Assembly (NCBI GenBank): GCA_004022145.1 | Contig: RCNU01000010.1 | Source: Paecilomyces variotii | Taxonomy: Eukaryota | Length of the DNA stretch: 64,000 nt | Direction: 5' to 3' (one strand) | Shown: positions 62,219 through 64,000 of the stretch, one piece after another | Layout of the letters: each line of letters opens with the position of its first letter | Numbering within the stretch: position 1 is the first letter of the stretch | The notes under the pieces: model-generated | Database searches by the model: none | The model's input: only the letters and a program-made list of their open reading frames with translations | Told to the model about the DNA's origin: nothing | Made by a program: the position numbers and the translations under genes

Positions 62219-62824
62219 CGTAGTGGTCTGCACGAGATGTTTGTAAATAATATGGAAAGGTCGGCATACAAGTATGATAAGGTATGTTTGCTGAGATGGT
62301 TGATGTGATTCTTTAGAAAGCTCAGGCTATTATCTTTACGGGGTGGGACTTGCAATATAAAGTCATCGGAGAGCTTCACCAATAACTTTACATTCATACA
62401 GTGAATGACATGCAGAGTTATTGATATTTGCCGTACAGTGATAGGTAATAGATGAGTCTTCTAAATTTGTCAGATTCTAGGTACCTGAATAGTGTGAGCT
62501 GCAACCGCAGCTGTTGCTATGCGAGACAACAAATAGGCAGGTTTGCCTACATCTTGAAGCCATACTGGCGATTTGACTCCATTTCATGGGTAGGAGGCGA
62601 AGCAATGAATTCTAGATGTAAGCTTCAACGAGGATACAAAAATGAAAACCACATAGTTATTCACATTTTGTGAACAGTTACTAGGCTACAATTATTGTAG
62701 AATTTCGATCTTATTATAAAAAGTATTTGAAGTACAAGCTAGAGTGGCCAATCGATAATTAATGGAAGTTAATTAATGTGAACAGTAGCTAATCATGATT
62801 TTAAGGAGATCTATAGGTAACTAA

Positions 62825-63555
62825 TCACGAGTAATACCAAGACCGCGCACGAGACAGTTTGCCATCCTTATAATCTTGTGCCTGGGCAGAGGTTAGTGAG
62901 AAGAGAAAAAAAATAATTTCTGCAATAAACGGAGGCAGATTGTATATACCAAGTCGTCAAAAAACTCATCCGCCAGTGCTTTTTCATCCCTCATCCACTC
63001 TAATTTCCGCTCAGGAACAGCCTCGTTCTCCGGAAAGGTCGGCGCGCGATCAAAATCGATCCATAGGACCCTGTCTGTGTGGTTTTGTATCATCATGTTT
63101 CGAGGGTAGGTATCATCATGTATAATGCCTGCGTATACGCTCCAGGATAGCACGAAGTTTGGCAGCGCGGGAGATCGAGTAATTTGAAAGATCTATTTCA
63201 TGTATATCTGGAATATATTCAATAAGAATAGCATTTGGTGGTGATTTATCATTTAGGAACCGATCTAGAAAAGGCCGATATGAGTTTATCACGCCATGGA
63301 AGTCCGGTACTATTCCTTGTTGGCATAGCCTATGCTCTTTGAGGCGAGCGTACGCAGTGCTCTCACAAATAAAAGGTTGAAATTCCCGCCAAGTGGGATC
63401 AGCATGCGATCTCTCAAGGGTATGATACTAGGACTATGGTTAAGTACCACCTTGAGAACATACAACTTTCCCTGCAAAGTCACTAGGAAAACCGAGGAAT
63501 AGTCAGACTCTTGGAGGATATGGAGGAAAGTAATATCGGAAATCGTAAATTCCAT
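62825..63555 (-). pseudogene. Protein kinase-like (atypical fungal family) pseudogene
   Basis: SSVFLVTLQGKLYVLKV (subdomain I-II like), IHDDTYPRNMMI (catalytic-loop like) and VLWIDFDRA (DFG-like), split across frames by frameshifts and stops. Confidence 0.75.
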
Positions 63556-64000
63556 GGCTAGTATCGTACGAGAAATACTGCGAGTACAAGAGATCTGACA
63601 AATTGCTATGTAGTTGCGGGTTAGTTGAGGTTGAGTCCAAAGAATATCGACACACAAACCATTGAGTGGCGCCGGATAAGTATTCCCAACAAACCGTTAA
63701 TTACCATGTGAAGGAAGCGGTGAGAAGCTTGCTTGAGACCTTATGGCTTGGCATAGCTATATAAGTTCGCACAGATCCTAGATACTTGCAATTAAAAATC
63801 AAAGATATATTAATATATAAAATTCTCCTACTAAAAATTCTTCTTAGAGAAAAATAAAAAGGATAAACTTAAAACTTAACAATTAGAATTTATTTATTAT
63901 GGGACACTGGTGAAAAATGAACAACTGAGATGCATTGAACGCTCACGCAACATAGATGCTGAAGGAGTTCCCTCTTATACATGATCATGTTCCATAGACT

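Noticed and set aside
1-64000. tRNA/rRNA genes, intact transposases, Starship captain (tyrosine recombinase), secondary-metabolite backbone genes
   Set aside because: None was recognisable by eye or in the ORF track; tRNAscan-SE and profile searches would be needed to exclude them formally.

Overview
This is eukaryotic DNA from a filamentous ascomycete, most consistent with Eurotiales (Aspergillus/Paecilomyces-like), judged from short spliceosomal introns with CTAAC/CTGAC branch points and from gene content. Housekeeping genes include a fungal MscL-like channel, AHA1, a cis-prenyltransferase, glycerol-3-phosphate acyltransferase, a WBP2-like protein, QCR6, an FLVCR-like MFS transporter and a Uds1-domain coiled-coil protein. 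Three accessory tracts interrupt them. (1) About 12.9-18.3 kb holds gene relics. (2) About 31-47.5 kb holds an F-box-like gene, two tandem paralogous uncharacterised secreted or membrane-anchored proteins, a divergently transcribed GH71 alpha-1,3-glucanase and two secreted carboxylesterases. (3) About 60.7-64 kb holds pseudogenes with RIP-like damage. The most notable candidate system is the GH71 gene. Once its introns are resolved, including two GC-AG introns, it encodes a signal peptide, GH71 domain, Cys-rich repeats, a Pro/Thr stalk and a C-terminal KP4 killer-toxin-like domain. It sits head-to-head with the duplicated orphan pair, which suggests a fungal wall-breaching toxin-delivery locus. 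Other highlights are a leaderless RNase T1-family gene with intact catalytic residues, a stop-free last intron in AHA1 that would encode a tail anchor, and a 294-bp duplicated fragment 45 kb apart with 22 transitions and 1 transversion. All gene models were read manually and no database searches were run.
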